Assembly: GCA_040218735.1 (NCBI GenBank)
Contig: JAVJQW010000057.1
Span: 500,005-564,004 of the forward strand
Origin: Deltaproteobacteria bacterium
GTDB lineage: Bacteria > Myxococcota > Kuafuiibacteriia > Kuafuiibacteriales > Kuafuiibacteriaceae
Direction of reading: 5' to 3'
DNA length: 64,000 nucleotides
Shown: piece after piece, positions 17,322-26,277 of the stretch
How positions within the stretch are numbered: position 1 is the stretch's first letter
Layout of the letters: every line of letters starts with the position of its first letter
Made by a program: the position numbers and the translations under genes
Notes under the pieces: generated by a model
Databases searched by the model: none
What the model saw: the letters and a program-made list of their open reading frames with translations, nothing else
What the model was told of the DNA's origin: nothing

Positions 17322-18122
17322 ATGCCCCGCCCCTACGCGCTCCCGCTCCTCCTCTTCCTCTGCGCCTGCCCCGAGTCCGAACCGGTCGACACCACCACCC
17401 GCGACGGCGGCCCGAACGTCACCACCGACGCCGGCACCCGCGACGGCGGCGACCTCACGAACGAGACGCCCGGTGACCGCATCGCGCGCCTCGTCTGCGA
17501 GCGCGAGGTGGAGTGCTGCCCGGGCAACAGCTCGAACTGCGACATCCTCGGCTCCGTCCTCGACGCCCGCTTCACCGGCCCCGGCATCGAGCTCGACCCG
17601 ACCGGCTACGACGCCTGCGTCGCCAAGATCCAAAACGCCACCTGCGACGAAGTGGTCGATTTCGGCGGACGCCTCCCGTTCGCGCGGTTCTGCGACGCCG
17701 ACGCGACGACGCGCCCCACGCTCGACAACGGCGCCGCGTGCGGCGGCCTGTTCGCGGACCTGGCCTGCCGCTCCGGGCGCTGCGGCCCCGACGACACCTG
17801 CATCGATCTCGCGGGCGACGGCGAAGACTGCGGACCGGGCGAATGCGCCGCAGGGCTGAAATGCAGCCTGGGAACGTGCCGCATCCCCACCGCCGCCGAC
17901 GAGGTCTGCGAACAAAACTCCGTCTGCGTCGACGGCTACGAATGCTTCCGCATGAACCCGAACGAAGACGCGCGGTGCCACGCGATCACCACGATCGCGG
18001 TCGGCGAGACATGCGGCCGGGGCCTCGAATGTACGCTCGGCCCCGACGAATGCCGCTGCCCACGCGGCCAAACCGGCTGCGGCAGGGGCGTCTGCGGCTC
18101 GCGTTCGTACTGCCTCCCCTGA
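17322..18122 (+). CDS. Cys-rich lipoprotein
   Basis: Lipobox LCAC; RDGG/DAG linker; many Cys. Confidence 0.8.
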   Translation: MPRPYALPLLLFLCACPESEPVDTTTRDGGPNVTTDAGTRDGGDLTNETPGDRIARLVCEREVECCPGNSSNCDILGSVLDARFTGPGIELDPTGYDACVAKIQNATCDEVVDFGGRLPFARFCDADATTRPTLDNGAACGGLFADLACRSGRCGPDDTCIDLAGDGEDCGPGECAAGLKCSLGTCRIPTAADEVCEQNSVCVDGYECFRMNPNEDARCHAITTIAVGETCGRGLECTLGPDECRCPRGQTGCGRGVCGSRSYCLP

Positions 18123-18180
18123 CCCGCTCCACACGAACGACCGACCCCGCGCCACGTCACCATTTGGTAGACGCGCAACG

Positions 18181-19314
18181 ATGCGTTCGTTCGCTCCCGC
18201 ACTCGCGGCGCTCCTCATCGCCTGCTCCGGCGCCGAACCGATCGACGACGTGACGCGCGACGGCGGCGTCGACACCACCGACCCACGCGACGCCGGTACA
18301 CACGACGCCGGCTCGGCGACCGACTCCGGCGCTACGCGCGACGCCGGCTCGACCACCGACGGCGGCAACCCCGACGCCGGCACGGATCGCGACGGCGGTG
18401 CGGAGCGCGACGGCGGACTCCAAGAACGCGACGGCGGCGACACACCGACGCCCGTCGCACCGCCGACCCTCCCCGGGCCGTACACCTCAACCGCGTTGAA
18501 CGGTACGGCACCGACGACCAGCACGAACGACATCGACATGAGCTGCCTCGTTCCGTCGCAGGGTCCGAGCGCCGGCCCCTACCCTGTCGTGCTCGTGCTC
18601 CACGGGTTCCGCATCGACGCGAACCTCTACGACAGCTACGTCGAGCGGCTCGCGTCCCACGGCTTCGTCGCGTGCACGGCGGACTTTGCGGCGAGTGTCA
18701 TCCCGAACCACGTCGAGAGCGCACAGGACATCCTCGAAGGCCTCGACTGGGTCCTCGCGCAGACGACGGACGCCGACCCCGACCGCGTCGCGCTGGTCGG
18801 TCACTCCCTCGGTGGAAAACTCGCCGTCTACGGCGCGTCGATGGATCCGACGATCGACGCCATCGTCGGCCTCGACCCGGTCGACGGCGCGATGCTGTGC
18901 AACGCCACGCGCTGCCCCGACGCGACCGACATGCTCCCGGTGTCGATCCCCACCGCGTTCCTCGGACAGACACTCGACCGGATGCCCGGCCTCGGCGGCC
19001 AAGCCTGCACGCCGACCGCGGACAGCTACACGACGTTCTACACGCCGGCGACGAGCCCGTCCCTGGAGGTCACGATGAACGGCGCGAGCCACATGAGCTT
19101 CGTCGACGATCTCGAGGCGTGTGGATTTGTCTGCTCGGTCTGCCAGGAGGCGACGATGGCCCAAGCCGACGCGCTCGCGATCGCACGCGCGTATACGACC
19201 GCGTTCTTGTTGCGCCACGTCGTCGGCGACGCCGGCTACGACAGCTGGCTCACGGGCGCCGACGCCAATGTGAACTGGATCGCGGGCGGCGCGATCACCG
19301 TGCAGTCCAAGTGA
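18181..19314 (+). CDS. Alpha/beta hydrolase lipoprotein (chlorophyllase/cutinase-like)
   Basis: Lipobox LIAC; LHGF, RLASHGF, GHSLGG nucleophile elbow, LDPVD, HMSFVD. Confidence 0.85.
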   Translation: MRSFAPALAALLIACSGAEPIDDVTRDGGVDTTDPRDAGTHDAGSATDSGATRDAGSTTDGGNPDAGTDRDGGAERDGGLQERDGGDTPTPVAPPTLPGPYTSTALNGTAPTTSTNDIDMSCLVPSQGPSAGPYPVVLVLHGFRIDANLYDSYVERLASHGFVACTADFAASVIPNHVESAQDILEGLDWVLAQTTDADPDRVALVGHSLGGKLAVYGASMDPTIDAIVGLDPVDGAMLCNATRCPDATDMLPVSIPTAFLGQTLDRMPGLGGQACTPTADSYTTFYTPATSPSLEVTMNGASHMSFVDDLEACGFVCSVCQEATMAQADALAIARAYTTAFLLRHVVGDAGYDSWLTGADANVNWIAGGAITVQSK

Positions 19315-19315
19315 C

Positions 19316-20227
19316 TCAGCCGAAGTGCGCTGCGAGGATGCGCGCGCTCATCAGCGTGTCGCGGTAGGGCACCTGGCCCGCGTCGTTGCCCGCGGCGCCT
19401 GCGACGACCATCAGCGGCAGCAAGTGTTCCTCGCGCGGGTGCGCCTCGCGTGCGCCGGGCGCCGTCGCCCACTTCGCGAGCCGGGCTTCGCGATCCGACT
19501 TCGGGAGCGCGACCGTCTCGGCGAGCCAGTCGTCGAACGGCTTCGACATCGCGCCCCCGTTGTTGCTCTTGAACGCGCGCATGTTGTGGAAGCTCATGCC
19601 GCTCCCTACGATGTAGACGCCCTCCTCGCGCAGCGGCGCGAGCGCCCGTCCGAGCGCGAGGTGCGCCTCGGGGTCGAGGCCCTTCACGAGCGACAGCTGC
19701 ACGGTGGGGATGTCGGCCTTCGGGTAGGCGACCATCATCGGTACGAACGTGCCGTGGTCGAAGCCACGCTCCGGCGCGGACGCGACCTTCACGCCGGCCC
19801 CGTCCAGCAGCTCCGCGACACGCGCCGCGACGTCCGGCGCACCCGGTGCCGGCCACTGAACCTTGTAGGTGTGCTCCGGGAAGCCGTAGTAGTCGTAGAG
19901 CATCGGCGGGCGCGCCGCGGTCAGGACCGTCGCTACGTCCTCTTCCCAGTGCGCGGAGATCACCAACGCGGCGCGCGGCTTCTCGGCCGGGACGTTCGGG
20001 AGGCCCTGCAGGTACTTCGTCAGGCGCGCGAGCGAGTCCGGCTCGCCCCATGGTTGGTCCATGATGTTCCACGGGCCGCCGCCGTGCGGCAGATAGACCG
20101 CCGGCATCTTCTTCGTCTTGGTCGCACTCATCGTCGTTCCTTCCCACCACACCGCGGTCGCCGCGGTTCCGGCCGCGACGAGCGCGGTCCTCCGCGTCAC
20201 CTTGTTGTCCTGCTTCGGGTCGCTCAT
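19316..20227 (-). CDS. DODA/LigB-family (class III) extradiol ring-cleavage dioxygenase
   Basis: PHGGGP, ISAHWE, YDYYGFP, RGFDHG, GSGMSFHN, HPREEHLLPL. Confidence 0.9.
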   Translation of the reverse strand: MSDPKQDNKVTRRTALVAAGTAATAVWWEGTTMSATKTKKMPAVYLPHGGGPWNIMDQPWGEPDSLARLTKYLQGLPNVPAEKPRAALVISAHWEEDVATVLTAARPPMLYDYYGFPEHTYKVQWPAPGAPDVAARVAELLDGAGVKVASAPERGFDHGTFVPMMVAYPKADIPTVQLSLVKGLDPEAHLALGRALAPLREEGVYIVGSGMSFHNMRAFKSNNGGAMSKPFDDWLAETVALPKSDREARLAKWATAPGAREAHPREEHLLPLMVVAGAAGNDAGQVPYRDTLMSARILAAHFG

Positions 20228-21198
20228 CCGGATCCCTTCGTCGTGTACTCGAGCGTTCGGTAGGACGCCTCGAAGTCCATCCGGGCGAGGGCGCCTTCGA
20301 GGCGTCGCCGCGCCTCACGTTGGGTGAAGTAGTGCCGTTCGACCCAGTGGTCGAGCAAGAAGGGCTCGGGCCCGAGCGCCGCGAGTATCTTTCGGACCTC
20401 GGTCAACGACGGGCGATCGTCTTCGTCCTTCGCGAGGCACGCGTTCGTGATTCGTGTCAGCTCCGGATCGAGGCCGGCGCGCCGTTCGGCGAGGTCGGGG
20501 GTGGCGTCCGAGCGGATCGCCATCAGCGTCGCGAGACCCGTGTCGCCGATGAAGGGGGGGCGCCCCGCCAACATGCGATGAAGCCCGTAGCCCACCGAGT
20601 AGACGAACGTCTTCGCCGTCGGTTTCCTTCCGTCGATCGACTCCGGTGCGAGGTAGCTGTAGTCGTGCTCGAGCAGCCCGGCGGCGGCGCCGTGTGAGTA
20701 GTGCCGCCAGTCGGGGTAAGCGTGGAACGCGAGCGTGAGCTCACCGCGCGCGGTGAGGCCCCAGTCCTCGGTGGGTTTGTAGGTGATGTCGCTGCGCGGG
20801 GTCGACGCGACCTCCTCGAGCACCGTGACGAGCGCGTGGTGAAAGGTCACCGCGAGCGCGGGGTCGATGGCGCCGCGCACCTCGAGCTCGTGCCGCGTGG
20901 CGTCCTCCCAACTCACGAGGCGGTCGTCGGTGTGAACGAATCCGATGATGTTCCCGTCGGCCTCGAGGGTCTCGACGAGCGCGGAGACGGCGCCGCCCCC
21001 GACGGCGCCGAGGACCTCCGCGTGCCCACTTATTCCGCGAAGGACGTCGTCCAGCGTTTCGAACGAACGCCAGATGCCGACGCGGCGCACGCGGCCTTCG
21101 TGCCGGGCGACGCCCTCCGTGACCGAAAACCAGTAGCGCGAATCCGGTTGCGCCGTCGCGATGCTCCTGCCGACGCGCTCGAACAGCTTCAGCTTCAT
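20224..21198 (-). CDS. Degenerate Ser/Thr protein kinase (pseudokinase)
   Basis: C-lobe motifs YLAPE, VYSVG...MLAGRPPF, CLAKDEDDRP are retained; no HRD, DFG or Gly-rich loop. Confidence 0.65.
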   Translation of the reverse strand: MKLKLFERVGRSIATAQPDSRYWFSVTEGVARHEGRVRRVGIWRSFETLDDVLRGISGHAEVLGAVGGGAVSALVETLEADGNIIGFVHTDDRLVSWEDATRHELEVRGAIDPALAVTFHHALVTVLEEVASTPRSDITYKPTEDWGLTARGELTLAFHAYPDWRHYSHGAAAGLLEHDYSYLAPESIDGRKPTAKTFVYSVGYGLHRMLAGRPPFIGDTGLATLMAIRSDATPDLAERRAGLDPELTRITNACLAKDEDDRPSLTEVRKILAALGPEPFLLDHWVERHYFTQREARRRLEGALARMDFEASYRTLEYTTKGSG

Positions 21199-21836
21199 CG
21201 CGCCTCCACGGCGACGTAGCCGGTGGGGTGCCGAAGCACCGCGGTGTGCGGCGCGATGCGAACGTCGATGCTCACGCGCGTTTGTGTCTCGGGCGCGCGC
21301 GCCGCGTGCACGTGGAGCGGCGTGAAGAGGAGCACCTCCCCGGCGGAGGTTTCGTACGGGACCAGCGCGTCGTCGTCGTCTGCGAGGCCCCACGCGTCGG
21401 CGGGCGGACGGAACCCCGGTTGCACGCGGAGCGCGGCGGAGCCGCGTGCGTCCGTCAGCGCGATCCACACGTTGCGCTCGTCGAGCGGGTGGCCGATCCC
21501 GTGATCGGTGTGCGGCGGCACCGGGGATCGTGTGTCGCCGGGGATCAGGATGCGGAAGTGCGACGTGCTCTGCACGACGACTTCGGACCAAACGAGCGCG
21601 GGTATCGCGGCGCGGAGCACTTCGAACAACGCGTCTCGATGTGAACGGCAGCGACTCGCGACGGTGAGGTGATGCGCCAGCTCGGCGGCGCGCTTCCCGT
21701 CGATGTGCTCGTGGAGTCGATCGAGCTCGTCGTCGATCCCCGCGGCCCGCAGCGTGTCACGCGCCCAGGCGATCAGACCCGAGACGTCGACGCGCCGCCG
21801 CTCGACGTCCCACGGTGGCAGTGGCCCCAGGCTCAC
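21195..21836 (-). CDS. Fe(II)/2-oxoglutarate dioxygenase (PhyH/StrG-like)
   Basis: PPHTD (HxD), NVWIALT, GEVLLF...HVH, TRVSIDVR; start uncertain (GTG 21836 or 21899). Confidence 0.7.
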   Translation of the reverse strand: MSLGPLPPWDVERRRVDVSGLIAWARDTLRAAGIDDELDRLHEHIDGKRAAELAHHLTVASRCRSHRDALFEVLRAAIPALVWSEVVVQSTSHFRILIPGDTRSPVPPHTDHGIGHPLDERNVWIALTDARGSAALRVQPGFRPPADAWGLADDDDALVPYETSAGEVLLFTPLHVHAARAPETQTRVSIDVRIAPHTAVLRHPTGYVAVEAR

Positions 21837-21877
21837 GGAGGTGCATTGTGGCCCGAGGTGCCGACCCGGTGCGAGGG

Positions 21878-22816
21878 TCAGCTCCAACCCTTCATCCACG
21901 GCTGCGCCACGTACCGATCCCAACCGTCCGGCAGCACCGTCACCACCGGTCCGTCCACCTCTCCGCGCGCTGCGATGCGGAGCGCGGCGACGACGTTCGT
22001 GCCCGCGCTGCCGCCGACGAGGAGGCCCTCCTCGCGGACGAGCCGCTGGACCATCGCGAAGCTCTCTTCGTCCGAGACCCGCTCGGCGGCATCGATCACT
22101 TCGCGAATCAAATTCGTCGGTGGCAGGCTGCCGCCGATGCCTTCGACCGCGTAGGCGCCATCGGGCCCTACGACCCCGGTTTCGACCCAATCCGCGAGAC
22201 CCGAGCCCACCGGGTCAGCGAGCACCACCTTGGCGCCGACCCCATCGAATTTCAGACGGCGGCCCACGCCGCTGATCGTTCCGCCCGTCCCCGCGCCGGC
22301 GACGAAGGCGCCGATGTGGCCGCCGGTGGCGTCGAGGATCTCCTGCGCGGTGGTCGTCTCGTGCACGGCGACGTTCGCAGGGTTGTCGAACTGCGCGGTA
22401 AGGAACCAGCCCTCCTCGTCCGCCATGCGCTGCGCGACGTTGCGGAAGTTGTCGGGGCTGTCGAGCGGCGCGTTCGGCGTGACGACCACGCGCGCGCCGA
22501 GCATCTGCAGCGCGACGCGTTTGTCGACGGACATCTTCTCGGGCATCACACACACGAGCCCGTAGCCGCGCGCCGCGGCGACCAACGCCAGTCCGACGCC
22601 GGTGTTCCCGGCCGTAGCCTCCACCAGCGTCGCCCCGGGCTTCAGCGCACCTCGGCGCTCCGCGTCCTCGACGATCGCCTTCGCGATGCGGTCCTTGATC
22701 GAGCCGCCGGGGTTCAGATGCTCGCACTTCGCGAGGACCGGAACCGGCAGACCACGCCCGAGGTGAGCGAGCTCGACGAGGGGCGTCTCTCCGATCGCAT
22801 CCAAGATCCGCGACAC
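21878..22816 (-). CDS. Cysteine synthase / cystathionine beta-synthase family PLP enzyme
   Basis: IGETPLV, KCEHLNPGGSIKDR (PLP Lys), ATAGNTG, GAGTGGT, EGIG. Confidence 0.92.
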   Translation of the reverse strand: MSRILDAIGETPLVELAHLGRGLPVPVLAKCEHLNPGGSIKDRIAKAIVEDAERRGALKPGATLVEATAGNTGVGLALVAAARGYGLVCVMPEKMSVDKRVALQMLGARVVVTPNAPLDSPDNFRNVAQRMADEEGWFLTAQFDNPANVAVHETTTAQEILDATGGHIGAFVAGAGTGGTISGVGRRLKFDGVGAKVVLADPVGSGLADWVETGVVGPDGAYAVEGIGGSLPPTNLIREVIDAAERVSDEESFAMVQRLVREEGLLVGGSAGTNVVAALRIAARGEVDGPVVTVLPDGWDRYVAQPWMKGWS

Positions 22817-22863
22817 GGTCGGGAGCCTCGCGAACCGGCGCACCTTCCGCAAGCGCGACGCGC

Positions 22864-24288
22864 TCAGGAAAACCGCGCCGCGATCTCTTGGACCCTCTGA
22901 CCGAGCTCCCACTTCAACACGTCGGCCGAAGCGTTCATCGCGTAAGCGTGGTGCGCGTCCCAGCTCGGGTTTCGCATCCCCTCGGCCGCGAACGGGACTC
23001 GCCAGCGTAGCTGCCGCGTCGCGAAGGTCGCGTAGAAGCGCGCGAGGGTGTCTCGGTCGGTCGCCGCGAGGCGATCGACCTGGGCTTCGATCTTCGCGAT
23101 CAGCTCGTCGCGCGCTGCTTCGGGCGTGACGGAGCGCGCCCAGCTCGCGTGGGCTTCGTGGCTCGTCGTCGCGCGTCCCCCCGTCATCCCGCCGAGCTTC
23201 GCGATCAAGACGGACTCGTCCGCGTAGTAGGCGTCGCGCGGGACGACCTTGCGCTCCGCCCACGCGCGCCCCTTCCACGCCGGTCCATCGTCGAACGGGA
23301 CGGCGGGCACCGTGTCCGGTGCGTCGAAGAGCTGCACGCCGAGTGAGGCGCCCGCGCGGTTCCCGGACAGGTCGCCGGTGACGAACCCATCGCCGAGGCC
23401 GCCGAACACGTGGAGCGTCGCTTCGATGCGCGCGGTGGGATCTTCGAGGTCCGAGTGGTCACCGAGGCGATCGAGATCGACCGAGGCCGGCGTCCCCTTC
23501 AGCTCGTACGCGCTCCCGACACGCACCGCCTGGTCCCACGCGCTCTGGTGGAGCGCGGAGTCGAAGTCGGGGCGCGGGATGAACGCCCAGACCTCGTCGT
23601 AGGCGGGCGGTCCGCCGAGGGTGCCGGGGAGCAGAGAGCTCGGGTAGCCCTTCACGCGATCGTACGCCTCGTCGACCTTCTTCGCGTCGTCGTTCGGATC
23701 CATCGCGTCGGCGACGGCGTCCATCGAGTCCGCGAGCTTGCCGTCGCCGTAGTTACGATCGAACAGCCACACGTACGCGAACATGCACTGCGCCGCGACG
23801 TGCCACGCACGGTCCATCGCGAAGCTCCCCTCGCGGTCGTCGGGGATGAAGCCGGGGAAGGCCATGCGGTTCTCACCGGCGACACCAAGGGCGTGGGCGG
23901 CGACGGCGACGACGGCCACGAGGTTCACACGCCGCGCGTGCGCGACCGGATCGTTGCCCGGCGTCGTCACCTGCTGCGCGGCGAGCGTTCGGGCCAGCGC
24001 GTACAGATCTGCGACGCGCTTCGGCGCGCGCGGTCCGCTCATCGCACTGCTGAGCTGACGAAATACGTTGCGTACGGGCGGCTGGTGCTCGATCTGCTGG
24101 GCGGCGAACGTCGCAAACGCGTGGTTGCCCTCGGCCGGGTCCAGGACCATCGGGAACAACACCCCCGCCGACGGCGGAAACGCGGGCACCGCCACGGGAT
24201 CGGCGGGCGCCGCAGAAGGCGTCGGAGGCGTCGAAACGGCCGGTGGAGCCGCGATCGTGGCGATCCGGCCGGCGCCGGGGATGTTCAC
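22864..24288 (-). CDS. Hypothetical protein with Pro-rich N-terminus and possible H/E/D metal site
   Basis: Coding bias from the GTG at 24288; DRAWH...YE...DLSGNRAG. Confidence 0.65.
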   Translation of the reverse strand: MNIPGAGRIATIAAPPAVSTPPTPSAAPADPVAVPAFPPSAGVLFPMVLDPAEGNHAFATFAAQQIEHQPPVRNVFRQLSSAMSGPRAPKRVADLYALARTLAAQQVTTPGNDPVAHARRVNLVAVVAVAAHALGVAGENRMAFPGFIPDDREGSFAMDRAWHVAAQCMFAYVWLFDRNYGDGKLADSMDAVADAMDPNDDAKKVDEAYDRVKGYPSSLLPGTLGGPPAYDEVWAFIPRPDFDSALHQSAWDQAVRVGSAYELKGTPASVDLDRLGDHSDLEDPTARIEATLHVFGGLGDGFVTGDLSGNRAGASLGVQLFDAPDTVPAVPFDDGPAWKGRAWAERKVVPRDAYYADESVLIAKLGGMTGGRATTSHEAHASWARSVTPEAARDELIAKIEAQVDRLAATDRDTLARFYATFATRQLRWRVPFAAEGMRNPSWDAHHAYAMNASADVLKWELGQRVQEIAARFS

Positions 24289-24399
24289 ACCGTCGACGGA
24301 CCCGACCACGGGTGAGTTTTCGGTCGAACGGGTGCGTTCGTTGCGCCGATCCGGGCGCGGGTGGACAGCGACGACGGTCGGCCAGGATACTGAAATTCG

Positions 24400-24762
24400 T
24401 TGGGTTCCTGGATCGCCGACCGTACCGCGCAGCGCGCGGCGGAGGACTTCCTCGCGCGCCACGCCACGCTGCACGACCTGCTCGTCGCGGGCGGTGAAGT
24501 GCTCGAGGTCGTAGTCCAGGACGAGTACACCCACGACGTGGTCGCCCGGGTCGCGAACACCATCGCGGTCTTCGACAGCACCTGACTGGGGGGTCTGCGG
24601 CAGGTCCTTGCCGCCACGCGAGTCCCGAGCGCCGATGAGCTGCTCGACCACCGACTCCGCACGGGGTGGCGGCCGACGCCGACCGCGCTCAACGACGGAC
24701 CGAAGATCCTCGGACACGCATCGACGCGCTGCGCACCGAACGGTGACTGCACCCGCGCGTAA
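24400..24762 (+). CDS. Candidate selenoprotein, 120 aa, with in-frame UGA at 24583-24585
   Basis: VVQDEYTHDVV...VFDST-UGA-LGGLRQV...DELLDHRLRTGWRPTPT...ILGHA; frame stays open to TAA at 24760-24762; SECIS-like hairpin follows. Confidence 0.65.
24597..24614 (+). promoter_or_regulatory. Bacterial SECIS-like hairpin GCGGCA-GGUCCU-UGCCGC
   Basis: Perfect 6-bp stem after an 11-nt spacer following UGA; G-initiated loop with GCAGGUC core. Confidence 0.6.
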
Positions 24763-24789
24763 GGCGACGACGCAGCGAACGAAGGCGCA

Positions 24790-26151
24790 TCACGGCGCGT
24801 CGCCGGGGAAGGGGTTCGACCAGCGCGCGTCACCGGCAATCGTCTCGTCGGTGAGCGTGTGCAGGAACGCGACGAGGGCAGCGACACCGTTCGGTCCCAG
24901 GTTCAATCGCACCGGTTGGCCCCCTTGCGGCGTGCGGAGGATGGGGTCGAGGTTCGGGTGCGCTTGGACCTCGCGGTCGTAGAAACGCACGACCCGCTCC
25001 AGCGTCGCGAAGCGACCGTCGTGCATGTACGGCGCGGACTGGGCGACGTTGCGGAGCGACGGTGACTTGAACTTGCCATCGTCCTGCGGCCGCCCGGTCA
25101 CGTCGCCAAAGCCGTTGTCGTTCGGATCGACGAGGCCGTTGTTCTTCGGCGCGACCATGAAGAACGCGGCGACGTTGTCCCCGGTGGGCGCGCCGGGCGG
25201 CGCGTTCGGCGGAGGCGGGGACACCGGGTTCTGCAGGAGGTGACACGTGGCGCACAACCCAGGCGGCAAGCCCTGTTGCTGACCGAAGAAGATGCGCTTG
25301 CCGAGGTTCTCCTGCGCCGTGAAGTTGGGGAAGTCGTCGCGGATGTCCGAGACCTGTCCGAGGCCCGCGTCCCACTTCGAACGGTAGGAGACGATCGAGC
25401 GGACGAACTGGGCGAGCGCGAGCGAGATGCGCTCGGAGGTCACCGTCGCGTCGCCGAACGCGTCGGTGAACAGCGGACCGTAGTAGTCGACGGCCGACAG
25501 ACGCGTGACCAACGCCTCCAACGTCATACCCATCTCGACCGCGTCCTGAATCGGCATCAGGACCTGCTCCTCCAGCGTGGCGGCGCGCTCGTCCCAGAAC
25601 ATCGAACCGCGGTGGTAGTAGCGAAGGTTGAGGAGCGGCATCGAGTTGCGGCCCGTCGCGCCCCCCTCGAAGCCCTCGGAGAGCGCTGCGGTGTCGGAGA
25701 ACGCCGTCGACTGCGGGTGGCACGAAGCACATGCCTTGGTGCCGTTCGCGCTGAGGCGTTTGTCGTAGAAGAGGACGCGACCGAGCGTCGCACCCGCGTC
25801 GGTGATCGGGTTGTCACCCGGCGTGTTGTCGAAGCCACGCATGCGCCCCGTGGTGAAGTGCGGCGGCAGGTCGTGCCGGTAGTCGAGGAGCGTGGCCGGC
25901 AGCTGCGGCGCCGGGAGCGCGGCGGTCGGGTCCGTCGGGTCCGTGGGATCGGTCGGGTCCGTCGGATCGGTGGGGTCCGTCGGGTCGGTGGGGTCCGCCG
26001 GATCCGCAGGGTCGGTCGGGTCCGTCGGATCCATCGGCGTCGTCCGATCCGTGCGCCCGGTCGGGTAGTAGGGCGTCCGTTCGGCGTCGTCCGTCTCGGG
26101 GACACCGCAGGCGGTCAGGGCGAGGGCAAGCAGGAGTCGGTTCGTCTTCAT
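24790..26151 (-). CDS. Di-heme cytochrome c peroxidase/MauG-family lipoprotein
   Basis: Lipobox LTAC; LGRVLFYDKRLS, CASCH, FWDERA, CATCH, FKSPSLRNV, PYMHDGRF. Confidence 0.92.
   Translation of the reverse strand: MKTNRLLLALALTACGVPETDDAERTPYYPTGRTDRTTPMDPTDPTDPADPADPTDPTDPTDPTDPTDPTDPTDPTAALPAPQLPATLLDYRHDLPPHFTTGRMRGFDNTPGDNPITDAGATLGRVLFYDKRLSANGTKACASCHPQSTAFSDTAALSEGFEGGATGRNSMPLLNLRYYHRGSMFWDERAATLEEQVLMPIQDAVEMGMTLEALVTRLSAVDYYGPLFTDAFGDATVTSERISLALAQFVRSIVSYRSKWDAGLGQVSDIRDDFPNFTAQENLGKRIFFGQQQGLPPGLCATCHLLQNPVSPPPPNAPPGAPTGDNVAAFFMVAPKNNGLVDPNDNGFGDVTGRPQDDGKFKSPSLRNVAQSAPYMHDGRFATLERVVRFYDREVQAHPNLDPILRTPQGGQPVRLNLGPNGVAALVAFLHTLTDETIAGDARWSNPFPGDAP
25925..26032 (-). repeat. 9-bp coding tandem repeat encoding (DPT/DPA)x12 linker
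   Basis: Directly visible in the peroxidase N-terminus. Confidence 0.9.
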
Positions 26152-26277
26152 CGTGTGCGTGGTTCTCCGTTCGTTCGGCCAAACCCGAAGGGGGTTGGAG
26201 CCGAACACCCATCCACGCGACGTCTGTCTCGAAAGTCCGCAGTCCGTGTATCGATGGGACGCAGATCACGACGATGA

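Noticed and set aside
24361-24393. Second in-frame TGA upstream of the candidate selenoprotein
   Set aside because: No SECIS-like hairpin at the expected distance and the upstream codons are not protein-like; TTG at 24400 is taken as the start.
25925-26032. Tandem repeats as a possible CRISPR array (also the collagen repeats near 55715-55860)
   Set aside because: 9-bp in-frame coding repeats with no unique spacers; no cas genes in the window.
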